Shown piece after piece: positions 1 through 9,979 of a DNA stretch of 64,000 nt (its first letter is position 1; the number at the start of each line of letters is the position of its first letter). Source of the DNA: a virus; IMG/VR virus record IMGVR_UViG_3300020204_000022, positions 8,555 to 72,554 of that record. One strand, written 5' to 3'. The notes beneath the pieces were generated by a model. It saw nothing but the letters and a program-made list of their open reading frames with translations, ran no database searches and was not told the origin of the DNA. A program made the translations under genes and the position numbers.

Positions 1-1
1 G

Positions 2-3000
2 GAAGCTGAAGGCTGGATCCCGGGATCATATGACGTTAACGTTTCAGACCCGCAAAAACTTTTTTACATTACTGACAAATTTGATCAATTTTATTCCTTA
101 AAAAGATTTGAAAATTACAATTCAAATACTTCAATTTGGGAAGATAACACACCACAAGCTGCTCAATTTGGGCCTTTCGAGAATCAAACTTTTGCCACCG
201 GTTCGACTTTTGGAGCTTCTTCCGGAAATTTGGTTATACCAAATCGAAGTGTGAATCTTTTGAACTTTACTGGACCAGGAGAAAAAATTGGGGGTTACAG
301 TGGAATCATCCCATCAACAATTGGGCATGCTAATTCTTTTGTCGAATTTTTAATCCCTTATGATGGACCAACGCAGGTGACTTTTATCATCCAATGGGCA
401 GGAGGGTCTAAAGGAAATTTGAGACAAAAATATGATTTAATACAATCAAATAAACTAGGAGGTACTATCTTGGGATGGAAAGCGGGTTCATCTTACAACT
501 CTGGAGATAATCATTATTTCAATTTAGCAGAAGGAACTACGCAACAAATTGCATCTTCTTTCTGTGAATGTGTTGAGAGTATTAGCTCGGTGGTTTGGGA
601 TTCTTCCCCTTCTCAGAATTTATCAATTATCCGCGTTAGAAAAGGGGGAAGCGATGGAAACACCCAATTCAAAATAGGCGTATTTTCGAATTACAATTAT
701 TTTGAATCAAAGTACCAGGGCGTTTGGTCAAACACAGAATCATATAATATCGACGACATCGTTCTTTTCGATGATATTTTCTTTGTGGCACAATCCATCA
801 TTCCGTCATCTCCAAATGGGTCGAATCCAAATCCTTTAAATAATACAGATTGGGATTTATTTCAAACTTTCACTCCTTCTGGAATTTTAAAGATCTATGG
901 TATAGATGCTTCTGAGTTAAATGGACTTTTGAATTTTCGCGGTGGATCAAATTATTTGAAATCTCGTGTTATTTTTTCCATACAGGAAGAAAATAAAATC
1001 GTTCCTGGGACTTGGATTGAGGTTGAAAGCGGAAGGGGTGTCACTGGGTCTGTTTCTAGAATAAAAGAAGTAACTAGATTTGTGGATGATCCTATTTTTT
1101 CTGGAAATTCTCAAATAACCCCGAAAATAACGGGTTTCAGGGGATTCAATGAATTTCTTATTGCTAATTTAGAAGATGAAAATGCGATCATAGATTTAGG
1201 AACAGACGGGAATTTCAATCTTTTTGAAATTGTGAGTTTGGAAACTGGGGTTTTCTCTTTCTTTGATTTGAAAGACTTTGATTTCGATTTCTTTTCTTCT
1301 AACTACGGAATAACACCTACTCCAGAATTTCATAGATATTTTCAATTGGTTCCAAATCAATCGGGTCAAATTAAGCCAAATGTTAAATATCTAGTTCGTC
1401 AAGGACAAATTTCTTATGATTCTTCTACCTATATTGAGGGACAATCTTTTATTGGATCTTCTTCTTCAGATTTATTTGCCGATTCTGGATATTCGACATT
1501 AGGAATTTACGCCGTAGTTCTACCTGCTATTTTCAGTCAGGTTGGCTGGGTGGATCAAAATTACCCTTACACAATGTCGCAAATTGCGGCTGAACAAAAT
1601 TTGAATTCTTTTATCGGATTTTACGGAATTCAGTCCATAATAGATCCAAACCCTGCACCAAATTCTTTGAACAAACAGGAAGTTTTCAATTATGGAAAAT
1701 TAACAACGGAGTATCAATATCTTCAGGAGAATTTTACAGTTTCTAGATCTAACGTGTCCAGAATTGTTCCTTTCATAAATAAGTGGGGATATCTCGGGGG
1801 AACGGACGTTAGAGGAAACATATATCGTTTGAATTCTTCTCCCGCGTTTTCGCCAACTAATTTTTCTCCAAGTTTCCAAAAGGATAAGCCAAATCCTTCT
1901 TATTTTACCCACGAGTGGTTTATTTTAGAAGGAGTTCCCATGGAATTTCCTTTGTATGGTATTTCCGAGCAAAAAAACTATCTACCCGGTAAAATTGATT
2001 TGGGCCAGGTCAGAAATGCCAACCCTAGTGCTTCTTTGTATACAACATCCTTTTTAACTGTTGAACCTACAGATTATCCGTCCCCATATGTAGATCCTAA
2101 AAACACAACAAAAGAATTTTTTACCCCTTTCTTTTACAACCCTGCAACTGGATTTTATGATTCAGTTTTCAGAGGAGTTAAAATTTCTTTGAAAAGAAGA
2201 AGTAGTAACCCAAACCCAGCCTCAGATTTGGACAAATACATTTTGAATTATAGGGGGTTTGAAGGATATAATTTTTCCTCAATTTTAAGGGTTATTCAGG
2301 AGGACTCTACCACAATCCAATCCCCGGTAACATATGAAATCATAGAAAACACCCAACAAAAATTCGTTCTTTTTGTAACCACCGTGGTAATGAAAGATTA
2401 TAGAGCTTTGCCCCTGGTAAATACCGGGGGAACTGGTGATCCTTATTTGGATTATCTTTTAATGTACAGTTTGGTGGATAAAAAGCAGAATTCGGGGATA
2501 GGATTGACCGGAGATCCTGGTCCTACTGGTTCCTTGCTTTACAAAATATCGGACACCAAATTGTCTTCGGCTTTAGATTTATCGATAACATCTTTATCTT
2601 CAGTAACAACTTTGAACAACAACAATAATGTTTACATCATATCCAATCCAAACTATGATACCGATTTGAGAGAAGAAATTAATCTTTTTTATCCAATAGG
2701 ATCTACTGGAAGTGTAGGAGGAACTGGAGCAGGTAGTTTTGTTGTTCCTAGCCAAAGTTATCTTTACCCTTGGCCGATTGGAAGATCACAAAATCTGGTT
2801 AATTTTCAGGCCATCGATTCTCCAGATTATGTATTCCAAATTCCATTTTCGATTTCTAACCCAGTTACAATACCTGTTGGCCCGAGATCGGCATATGCCG
2901 GATATCCAGTTTTTCAGGTAGAGGGGGGAGGAAATTACTTCGATTTTATCATGAAGAGAATTTCCCTATCTCAAATTTTCGAAAGAGTAAACGTGGAGAG

Positions 3001-4273
3001 CCCTTACATCAAATACACGACTTACTCCTGGGATACTGCCACCAATTCAGAGATCGTTACTCAAAATGAGTTTCAAATTTCTTTGGTACAGCCAACAGCA
3101 ATATTTAAATCTGAGGGGGTTTATCCAGAAAAAAGCTACGACGGTCCCCAAACTTTGAGTAGAAATAAACCTACCGGGTTTGAAATCGTAGAAGGAGGAT
3201 CTCAATATGCATCCGATATTCTAAGATATAATGGGCCATATGAACCTCTCTTCAAAAAGATTTTCAAATTCAAGGGGGATAAAAACGACACATTAGCCAG
3301 AAATACTTATGTTGATCTGAGTTTTAGAAACTGTACTTTCGCTCCTGAACAATCTAATTTTGGAAAAATAATAAATTTGGGATTTTCGAAGGTTTCTTTG
3401 GGGCAAAATATTTTAGAAGCATCCCAAAATTTACCCCAGGGACCAAGATATCCGCTGGTTGGTCAGACGCCAATTTCTTACAAAGATTTTTCTGTTTTTT
3501 TATCCTCATGGGATCCTGGTTATTATAATGTTTTTTCTAACGCAAGAAATCAAAACCCTGTGGCTGGTACCAGATCAATGTTGGAATTAAAATCTTTTTT
3601 GGGATCAAAAATGATGCAAACCCCATATACAATAACAATTTACACATTTATTACATTAGAAATTTCTAGAGAAACCGGAACTACAATAGTTCCTAATATC
3701 AACGAGGCTGCTAACACGGCAGTACCTTTGATCCAAAATATAAACCCCGAAACTTCTAATACGGGTATTGGACAGCTTGGAACTTATTTAAGTACAGTTG
3801 ATTTACCCGTGTTAAACCAAAACATTTTTCCACAAGTTGAAGTTTTCTGGCAGAAAAATCCAGTTACTAACACAGTAAGCGGAATAATCAGATTGGATAG
3901 AATCTTGAGGAGATATCTTCTTAACTCTGGAATTTCCACCGTCTTTGTAAATAATATGGTTTCTGATTTTGGAGTCGGTAATCCTAACAACATAAATGAT
4001 GACATAGACACTTACATCGAAAATAACATTACCCCCATTTATGAGGGAATTTCTTTCAATCTTTTTGTAAAAAAAACCGGACAAAATTTGACATCTACCG
4101 AAATTCTGGTTAGAGGGGATTTAATTAATCCAGATAGAGTAAGGTACGCTTATTATGCCCAGACAAATTTTCAACTGACTAAACAAACGGATTTGATTTA
4201 CTCCTTCGAATACGATTTGTCTAACTCTCAAAATTATTCCATGACTTTTTCATTTAGGATACAAAAAATTTGA
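2..4273 (+). CDS. Large virion structural protein, 5'-truncated by window edge
   Basis: ORF track starts at 230, but the same frame is open back to base 2 (EAEGWIPGSYDVNVSDPQKLFYITDKFDQFYSLKRFENYN...), so the true start is probably outside the window. Very long Asn/Ser/Gly/Pro-rich protein next to fibre-like genes. Confidence 0.6.
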   Translation, partial: EAEGWIPGSYDVNVSDPQKLFYITDKFDQFYSLKRFENYNSNTSIWEDNTPQAAQFGPFENQTFATGSTFGASSGNLVIPNRSVNLLNFTGPGEKIGGYSGIIPSTIGHANSFVEFLIPYDGPTQVTFIIQWAGGSKGNLRQKYDLIQSNKLGGTILGWKAGSSYNSGDNHYFNLAEGTTQQIASSFCECVESISSVVWDSSPSQNLSIIRVRKGGSDGNTQFKIGVFSNYNYFESKYQGVWSNTESYNIDDIVLFDDIFFVAQSIIPSSPNGSNPNPLNNTDWDLFQTFTPSGILKIYGIDASELNGLLNFRGGSNYLKSRVIFSIQEENKIVPGTWIEVESGRGVTGSVSRIKEVTRFVDDPIFSGNSQITPKITGFRGFNEFLIANLEDENAIIDLGTDGNFNLFEIVSLETGVFSFFDLKDFDFDFFSSNYGITPTPEFHRYFQLVPNQSGQIKPNVKYLVRQGQISYDSSTYIEGQSFIGSSSSDLFADSGYSTLGIYAVVLPAIFSQVGWVDQNYPYTMSQIAAEQNLNSFIGFYGIQSIIDPNPAPNSLNKQEVFNYGKLTTEYQYLQENFTVSRSNVSRIVPFINKWGYLGGTDVRGNIYRLNSSPAFSPTNFSPSFQKDKPNPSYFTHEWFILEGVPMEFPLYGISEQKNYLPGKIDLGQVRNANPSASLYTTSFLTVEPTDYPSPYVDPKNTTKEFFTPFFYNPATGFYDSVFRGVKISLKRRSSNPNPASDLDKYILNYRGFEGYNFSSILRVIQEDSTTIQSPVTYEIIENTQQKFVLFVTTVVMKDYRALPLVNTGGTGDPYLDYLLMYSLVDKKQNSGIGLTGDPGPTGSLLYKISDTKLSSALDLSITSLSSVTTLNNNNNVYIISNPNYDTDLREEINLFYPIGSTGSVGGTGAGSFVVPSQSYLYPWPIGRSQNLVNFQAIDSPDYVFQIPFSISNPVTIPVGPRSAYAGYPVFQVEGGGNYFDFIMKRISLSQIFERVNVESPYIKYTTYSWDTATNSEIVTQNEFQISLVQPTAIFKSEGVYPEKSYDGPQTLSRNKPTGFEIVEGGSQYASDILRYNGPYEPLFKKIFKFKGDKNDTLARNTYVDLSFRNCTFAPEQSNFGKIINLGFSKVSLGQNILEASQNLPQGPRYPLVGQTPISYKDFSVFLSSWDPGYYNVFSNARNQNPVAGTRSMLELKSFLGSKMMQTPYTITIYTFITLEISRETGTTIVPNINEAANTAVPLIQNINPETSNTGIGQLGTYLSTVDLPVLNQNIFPQVEVFWQKNPVTNTVSGIIRLDRILRRYLLNSGISTVFVNNMVSDFGVGNPNNINDDIDTYIENNITPIYEGISFNLFVKKTGQNLTSTEILVRGDLINPDRVRYAYYAQTNFQLTKQTDLIYSFEYDLSNSQNYSMTFSFRIQKI

Positions 4274-4287
4274 GATTCTGAAATTTA

Positions 4288-4297
4288 GAATATATAC
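4288..4297 (+). promoter_or_regulatory. Candidate late promoter GAATATATAC
   Basis: Matches the recurrent [GA]ATATATA motif; 17 nt before ATG at 4315. Confidence 0.5.
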
Positions 4298-4314
4298 AAA
4301 AAGAACTCAAGAAC

Positions 4315-5778
4315 ATGCCTTCTCTAAATATTTTGACTTTAAATCAGGGGGATACCCAGGAAAATATAAGAAACAAAATAAATTCCAATTTTGATTCTTT
4401 AGTTGCCAATGGTGGTGGGCCTCAGGGATTGCAGGGAGCCCAAGGTAAGCAGGGGCCAGTAGGTCCAGTCGGTCCAAAAGGAGATCCTGGTCAACAGGGG
4501 GTTAGAGGAACAAAATGGTTTGTTCAGGAAAATGCTCCAACCGGAGGAACTGGAGATCCAATTTTAGTGGGTGATTATTGGTTGGATTCAACAAGCGGAG
4601 ATAATCTTATTTATGAATTTGGACCTTCTGGATGGTTTCAGGTTGGAGATACGTTGATAAATCAAGAAATTTTTTACACATTGACCGGGGTTTCTGGTCC
4701 GAATGGGTCTACTGCTCAGAATGCAATTCTCCTAAATTCCCCGATCCCGGAACTCCAAACCTTGGTAATTTCGGATGCAGTTCTTGACCCACCAACAGCA
4801 AATCCAACCTATTCCAAAGTTTTGATTGCTACTAATTCAACCACCAATGATGCTCCTCTTTTAGAATTTGCTAAAACAAACGCAAATGATATAGGTTTAC
4901 CTGCAGATTATACAAGGCATCCCCAATTTAGATGGATGACTGCATTAGCGAATGATTACAATTTACTTTTTACAGTTCCGCAGGATACTCTAACTTTATC
5001 TTCCAAATTTTTGAATTTACAAAGTTCTGGAGTTGTCAGCATTAGTTCCAATGATGATTTGTTGATTTCTTCATCCGCATCTACTCAACTGATTTCTTCC
5101 AATTCTGTTTCCATAAATTCTACAAATAACATAGATATAAATTCCCAAAATCTCAATGTGGATTCGACTGCCTCTACTATAAATTTGACAGGAAGATTTT
5201 CAATAGAATCTAACACATCTACGGATTTTGCAGCAATTATAACAAATCAAAATCCAAATGGGAATGGAATTTCTGTAACTGTTGGAAATTCAACCTCTTC
5301 ACAAACTGTCGCCGAATTTGGAGCAAACAATTTGTCTGTTTTCAAAGCAAGATCCGATGGTAAAGTGACTTTGTCTAAATTTGGAAATGCAGTTAGAGAA
5401 ATAACTTACAATTCAAATAGATTTTCTTTTCCTGAAAATTATTGGGAAATATCAAGTTCGACAATTCCAACTGGAAATACAATATATTTCAATCCTTCTG
5501 GGGCTTACTCTGCTAATCTTGGATTTCAATTTCAAGGAGGAACCGGAGACACGGGATCGTGGGTTGATTTTCTTGAAGAGAATGAATCAATAGAATTCAG
5601 ATTCATTTGTGTTCCTGGGATTCAATATCTGGTTCGAATAAATGGAAGTACCCCCGGAACAAAGGTGGATTTTACATCTTCTAACACAATCAAAAATTTT
5701 CAGGTTACAATTATAAGATTATCAGCTGTGACTAAAATGTATTACACCGCAAATGGAGTCTCTGGTGAAATCACTTAA
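4315..5778 (+). CDS. Collagen-like tail fibre / virion decoration protein
   Basis: Gly-X-Y repeats near N-terminus (GPQGLQGAQGKQGPVGPVGPKGDPGQQGVRG), then a Ser/Thr/Asn-rich beta-like region. Confidence 0.65.
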   Translation: MPSLNILTLNQGDTQENIRNKINSNFDSLVANGGGPQGLQGAQGKQGPVGPVGPKGDPGQQGVRGTKWFVQENAPTGGTGDPILVGDYWLDSTSGDNLIYEFGPSGWFQVGDTLINQEIFYTLTGVSGPNGSTAQNAILLNSPIPELQTLVISDAVLDPPTANPTYSKVLIATNSTTNDAPLLEFAKTNANDIGLPADYTRHPQFRWMTALANDYNLLFTVPQDTLTLSSKFLNLQSSGVVSISSNDDLLISSSASTQLISSNSVSINSTNNIDINSQNLNVDSTASTINLTGRFSIESNTSTDFAAIITNQNPNGNGISVTVGNSTSSQTVAEFGANNLSVFKARSDGKVTLSKFGNAVREITYNSNRFSFPENYWEISSSTIPTGNTIYFNPSGAYSANLGFQFQGGTGDTGSWVDFLEENESIEFRFICVPGIQYLVRINGSTPGTKVDFTSSNTIKNFQVTIIRLSAVTKMYYTANGVSGEIT

Positions 5779-5799
5779 GGAATTTATTTTTCAATAAAC

Positions 5800-7866
5800 A
5801 TGACATTCAACACTAAGTATATTTTACCTGGAGATGATGCACAAGAAATAATCTTCAAAACAAATTTTAACTTTGAACAAGTTTTTTTCTCGGGGGTTGG
5901 TTCAAATGGTCCGGTTGGTCTCATAGGACCCACAGGAATAATAGGGCAAGTTGGAAATGATGGAACTATTGGAGAATTGGGATTGTCCGCATCCAAATGG
6001 AATTTTTCCTTTTTACCACCAGTTACTGGGAATTCAAAGCCTGGAGATTACTGGGTTAATACTGGGCCAACATCTGGTTTTTCTATTTTCGAATTCCAAA
6101 ATTCTTCCCCATTCTGGGTGGATTCTGGATTTGATTTGTTACAAAATTCAGTTTGGAATTATGTTATAGGAGTTTCTGGTCCTGGTGGGATCGAAGATAA
6201 AACAGCTATTGGATTTGCAACAGGACCATCTGGGAATACTTTTGTTTTCTCCGATTATAATTTTAGCAATATTTCCTTACAACTCCAGAAACAGAGGGCC
6301 AATCCCACTGGTTCTAAATTTTTGATCGGAACAGATGGAACCAGACCTTTGTTGTCTTTTGGAAAAACATCTTCACTATCCAATTCTTTGCCCCAATTTT
6401 CTTGGGAAGACAATTCACCAACGAACTACAATTTGAAATTTGAATCCCCACAGAATCTACAAATTTCTTCAAAAGGATTAGGTTTGACAGCAGGAGCATC
6501 CGGTGGATCTGTTAGTTCGAATCGAATAACTCTAAGTACAGCAAACAACATTCAAATTACAAATGGGAGTCTTGAAATAAATTCACCATTATTTCAAATT
6601 AATTCGCCCAACTTGAAATGGGACGGTTCTAAATTTTCTGGTTTTTATAAAACGACAATCGGTGGAACTGGGTCAGGCTTTTCTTGTAATAATTCATCTG
6701 GACCTGGATTCAAAGTACAGATTGACGGAACTGGTGCTACTTCTGGAACTAAAATTGCTTCACTTATCTCTGAAGAAACTATCACTTGTTATGAGTTCTT
6801 ACTTGATAATACGGGTATAGGTTCCACAATATACGGATATACTGATTGTGATAATACACCACAAACCATTTTTGTTGGTGCTAATACTTACGTTGTAGTC
6901 TGTTCTATAACAACACCATATAGAATTTCAGGAGCTGCAGGTATTGCACCCGTACAATTGAATTCTTGCGGGTTGGCTTCTATCCCATTGAAAATATTTG
7001 AATCAAGAGGTGTTGGATTCAATGTGGCAGGCGGGGTAATGAAAGGACAAGGAACCTCAGGATCCGGATTCCAAGGTAAAGGTTTATGGGTAAATAAGGT
7101 TGGTTTTATAAGTAATGTACCATGGAACACAACTTTTTCTAACACTTATCCTCTTGGTAATCAATTACAAAACAACAACTACATGTTACTTGATTTGAAT
7201 TCCTCTTCCCCCGATACGATTTGTATAGATGGATCACCAAGTGTGGCTTATAATAGTTCTAATCGTAATACTTGGACTCCCATCGCGGATTCTAGAAGAA
7301 AAAGGGTATATCTACGTTTGACTGATTTTTCTGGAATTTGGGAACCTTCTTCTACCCGGACTTTTACGGTTTTACTTTTAAACGAAGATTTCAGTTTTGG
7401 TGGAATACAAACTGTATATGCTGGGGGAATATCTACTGTTCCAATTTGGGATTCGGGAGATCAGGCTAAAGCAGAAGGAGTCAAAGGATGTAGAAAATTA
7501 AGGCTGACTTTTATCAACGATAGTCAAATTTTTTGGGAGGCATTCAACCAAGTTTGTATTTGCTGGAATGTTTATAATCCAGGACCCGGTAACCTTAATT
7601 TTTCTTATGAAAATTGTTCAGGGGGTACAGGAGCAGTAAGTCTTCAAGCTTATCAAACTTCTTCAAATATTCTTTCTTATCAAAGATTAGGTGCAACTGG
7701 TGGCCAATTTTCACAAACTGGATTAAATGTTTGGAAAGGAGATTTCATTCCTCAAACTGGCTGTGTCTCTTCTGCAACAACATCTGGATTTATACCATAT
7801 AGACAAACACAACTGGTGGTAAGAAACAGCAACCCAGTTTTAGGAGGTGGCGGAATTGGTAGTTAA
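5800..7866 (+). CDS. Collagen-like tail fibre protein, paralogous to upstream gene
   Basis: GSNGPVGLIGPTGIIGQVGNDGTIGELG plus a shared module (GDYWVNTGPTSGFSIFEFQNSSPFWVDSG vs GDYWLDSTSGDNLIYEFGPSGWFQVG). Confidence 0.6.
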   Translation: MTFNTKYILPGDDAQEIIFKTNFNFEQVFFSGVGSNGPVGLIGPTGIIGQVGNDGTIGELGLSASKWNFSFLPPVTGNSKPGDYWVNTGPTSGFSIFEFQNSSPFWVDSGFDLLQNSVWNYVIGVSGPGGIEDKTAIGFATGPSGNTFVFSDYNFSNISLQLQKQRANPTGSKFLIGTDGTRPLLSFGKTSSLSNSLPQFSWEDNSPTNYNLKFESPQNLQISSKGLGLTAGASGGSVSSNRITLSTANNIQITNGSLEINSPLFQINSPNLKWDGSKFSGFYKTTIGGTGSGFSCNNSSGPGFKVQIDGTGATSGTKIASLISEETITCYEFLLDNTGIGSTIYGYTDCDNTPQTIFVGANTYVVVCSITTPYRISGAAGIAPVQLNSCGLASIPLKIFESRGVGFNVAGGVMKGQGTSGSGFQGKGLWVNKVGFISNVPWNTTFSNTYPLGNQLQNNNYMLLDLNSSSPDTICIDGSPSVAYNSSNRNTWTPIADSRRKRVYLRLTDFSGIWEPSSTRTFTVLLLNEDFSFGGIQTVYAGGISTVPIWDSGDQAKAEGVKGCRKLRLTFINDSQIFWEAFNQVCICWNVYNPGPGNLNFSYENCSGGTGAVSLQAYQTSSNILSYQRLGATGGQFSQTGLNVWKGDFIPQTGCVSSATTSGFIPYRQTQLVVRNSNPVLGGGGIGS

Positions 7867-7875
7867 TTTTTTGTT

Positions 7876-8589
7876 GTGGAAAATTTTTTCTATGAAGAAG
7901 GAAAGGAATTCAGATATCAGATAGGGGAGGTAAGCACCACGCGGCCCTGGCCCATGCTAACTTACGCGTCCGTCAAAGAATTTTTATTGGATCCTGATTG
8001 TCAGCAAATTTTTTCTAAATATCAAAACGTCTATATTTACGGACATTTTCTGTGGAAAAATTTTCAGACGTGGGATCTTGATTTGGGTTTGGCCTGTGAT
8101 TTTGATATCGCGGATTGGTCACGAATTTCTTCAGATCTCCACAAGCTTTACAATCTGGCTCTAAATAGACACTGTCTTCTCGTGGATATCACTGTTTCAC
8201 ATCTCAATGTTGCCTGTCTTTTACCAACCAAATCCGATCTAGTTGAAAATAATCAAAACACCCCAGCTTCTGAATGGAAATTTCCCAGAATTAGTCCGCC
8301 CCTGCAGGGAAAATATTCCCATAAATATGTAAAAATAAGCAGAATGGAAAAAAAGATAGGAGACACGATTCAAGTTTTTGATTATAGGGATTCCCCACGA
8401 ACTGCACAAAAAACTTCCCTCTTATTTGGTGAGCATTTGGTTATGATCGATTTTTCTGAAGTTGATTTACATGATAAAATCATTAAAAGGATAGCAAATT
8501 CTGAAAAAAATCCTTTGATCAATTTTCTGACAGTTTCTGATTTTTTAAGTCAGACCGAACTAGAATTTATTCAGATCCAGAATTACTAA
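7876..8589 (+). CDS. Hypothetical protein, possible nucleotidyltransferase-like fold
   Basis: ORF with good context; weak NTase-like pattern YIYGHFLWKNFQTWDLDLGLA. Confidence 0.45.
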   Translation: MENFFYEEGKEFRYQIGEVSTTRPWPMLTYASVKEFLLDPDCQQIFSKYQNVYIYGHFLWKNFQTWDLDLGLACDFDIADWSRISSDLHKLYNLALNRHCLLVDITVSHLNVACLLPTKSDLVENNQNTPASEWKFPRISPPLQGKYSHKYVKISRMEKKIGDTIQVFDYRDSPRTAQKTSLLFGEHLVMIDFSEVDLHDKIIKRIANSEKNPLINFLTVSDFLSQTELEFIQIQNY

Positions 8590-8615
8590 TCCCGTAGTTC
8601 GTTTTTTTCTGGAGT

Positions 8616-8625
8616 GAATATATAC
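8616..8625 (+). promoter_or_regulatory. Candidate late promoter GAATATATAC
   Basis: Recurrent motif; about 19 nt before ATG 8645. Confidence 0.5.
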
Positions 8626-8644
8626 ATAGGATTTAAATTTTTTT

Positions 8645-8902
8645 ATGCAAACCCCGCCTGTTACCCAAGATGAAATGATCTCGACAAAAGATCTAAAAAT
8701 AAAATTCTTTAGAGTGTTAGAAGACATGTCTATTGTGAATGGTAAAACCAAGAATCTTGAAACGGAGGCTGAATATCTCCTGACCAAACTTGAAAATTTA
8801 AGAAATTCAGAAAAAGATTTTACAAATTATAATCCCAGAAGTGGATTCATTAATTATTATTTGACGAAAGATTTAAACACTGTACCTGTCTTTATTTTAT
8901 GA
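8645..8902 (+). CDS. Hypothetical coiled-coil small protein
   Basis: Complete ORF with promoter-like motif upstream; overlaps next gene by 4 nt. Confidence 0.5.
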   Translation: MQTPPVTQDEMISTKDLKIKFFRVLEDMSIVNGKTKNLETEAEYLLTKLENLRNSEKDFTNYNPRSGFINYYLTKDLNTVPVFIL

Positions 8903-9150
8903 AAAACCAAATCATGTTAAACGAAAACGAAATCCAAGAAGCAAAAAAATTAATACAAGAATTTGGCCAAATCAAAGACCAAATCCATCTTGCGGAAGAA
9001 CAAATGTCAAGTTTAAACCAAAAAGCAGAATCGTTGATTAATCATCTGGAAGATCTTAGATCTCAAGAACAAAATTTTGTAGAGAGTCTTAAAAAAAAAT
9101 ATGGACCAGGAAAATTAAACCCACTCACCCTCAATTATGAAAAATATTGA
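8899..9150 (+). CDS. Hypothetical coiled-coil small protein
   Basis: ATGA overlap with previous ORF; heptad-like EAKKLIQEFGQIKDQIHLAEEQMSSLNQKAESLINHLEDL. Confidence 0.5.
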   Translation: MKNQIMLNENEIQEAKKLIQEFGQIKDQIHLAEEQMSSLNQKAESLINHLEDLRSQEQNFVESLKKKYGPGKLNPLTLNYEKY

Positions 9151-9970
9151 TTACAAATTGCGAATAATTGTTGGTTTATCCGCCACAATTTTGATTTTTA
9201 TTTTAGCATTAATTTGGAATCTAAAGGAATTAAAAGAATCCAAAGAAGAGGCAGATAGACACAAAAGAAATTACGCCGCTATTCAAGATTCTGTGGTGAT
9301 AATTTCCTCCGAAAATGAAACTTTGTTGGCACAAAGACTTTCTTTGGAATTTTACTATGAAGAGTTAAGATCGGAAAATTTGGATTTAATTCAAAAATTG
9401 GATGTTGAAAAAAGAAAAAAAACCAAAGTGGTCATCCAAACTGTTGTTGAATATCGGGATTCTTCAATCTACGTCCCGGTGATATCCAGGTTCAACCAAA
9501 AAACCCCCGAATTGTATTTTTCGTATAAACCTACTTTGAAGGGAAAAAATTATTTGTCCATAGAAGGAATTTTACCTTATTCTATTACATACGACACCTC
9601 GAAGATTTTGATGGATTCTCTTCGATTGGGCTGGAGAATAATTCCCAAAATTAACACAGAATCTGCACATCTGAAAATAAATCAAAAAATTGACCTCATA
9701 ACAGGATTGGTTAGAGATCCTAAATCTGGTAAACTTTATGTTAGAGCCTCTACTGATTTCCCGGGGATTTCTTTTGCGGAATTAAATTCGATTAATTTAT
9801 TAGACGACGGGGAATCCAAGAGGGCTTTGAGGAATTCAAGAAAACCTTTCGGGATAGGGTTTGGCCTTGGATTAGGTTTGACATCTGGACCTGGGGGTTT
9901 TGTAGGAATGGGTCCTAATGTTGTGATTGGGGTCACTTATTCCCCTAAATTTCTTCAATTCGGCAAATAA
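9137..9970 (+). CDS. Membrane-anchored coiled-coil protein (single N-terminal TM; possibly spanin-like)
   Basis: TM segment IIVGLSATILIFILALIWNL followed by Glu/Lys-rich coiled coil and a beta-like C-terminal region ending in a Gly-rich stretch. Confidence 0.45.
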   Translation: MKNIDYKLRIIVGLSATILIFILALIWNLKELKESKEEADRHKRNYAAIQDSVVIISSENETLLAQRLSLEFYYEELRSENLDLIQKLDVEKRKKTKVVIQTVVEYRDSSIYVPVISRFNQKTPELYFSYKPTLKGKNYLSIEGILPYSITYDTSKILMDSLRLGWRIIPKINTESAHLKINQKIDLITGLVRDPKSGKLYVRASTDFPGISFAELNSINLLDDGESKRALRNSRKPFGIGFGLGLGLTSGPGGFVGMGPNVVIGVTYSPKFLQFGK

Positions 9971-9979
9971 AATTACAAA

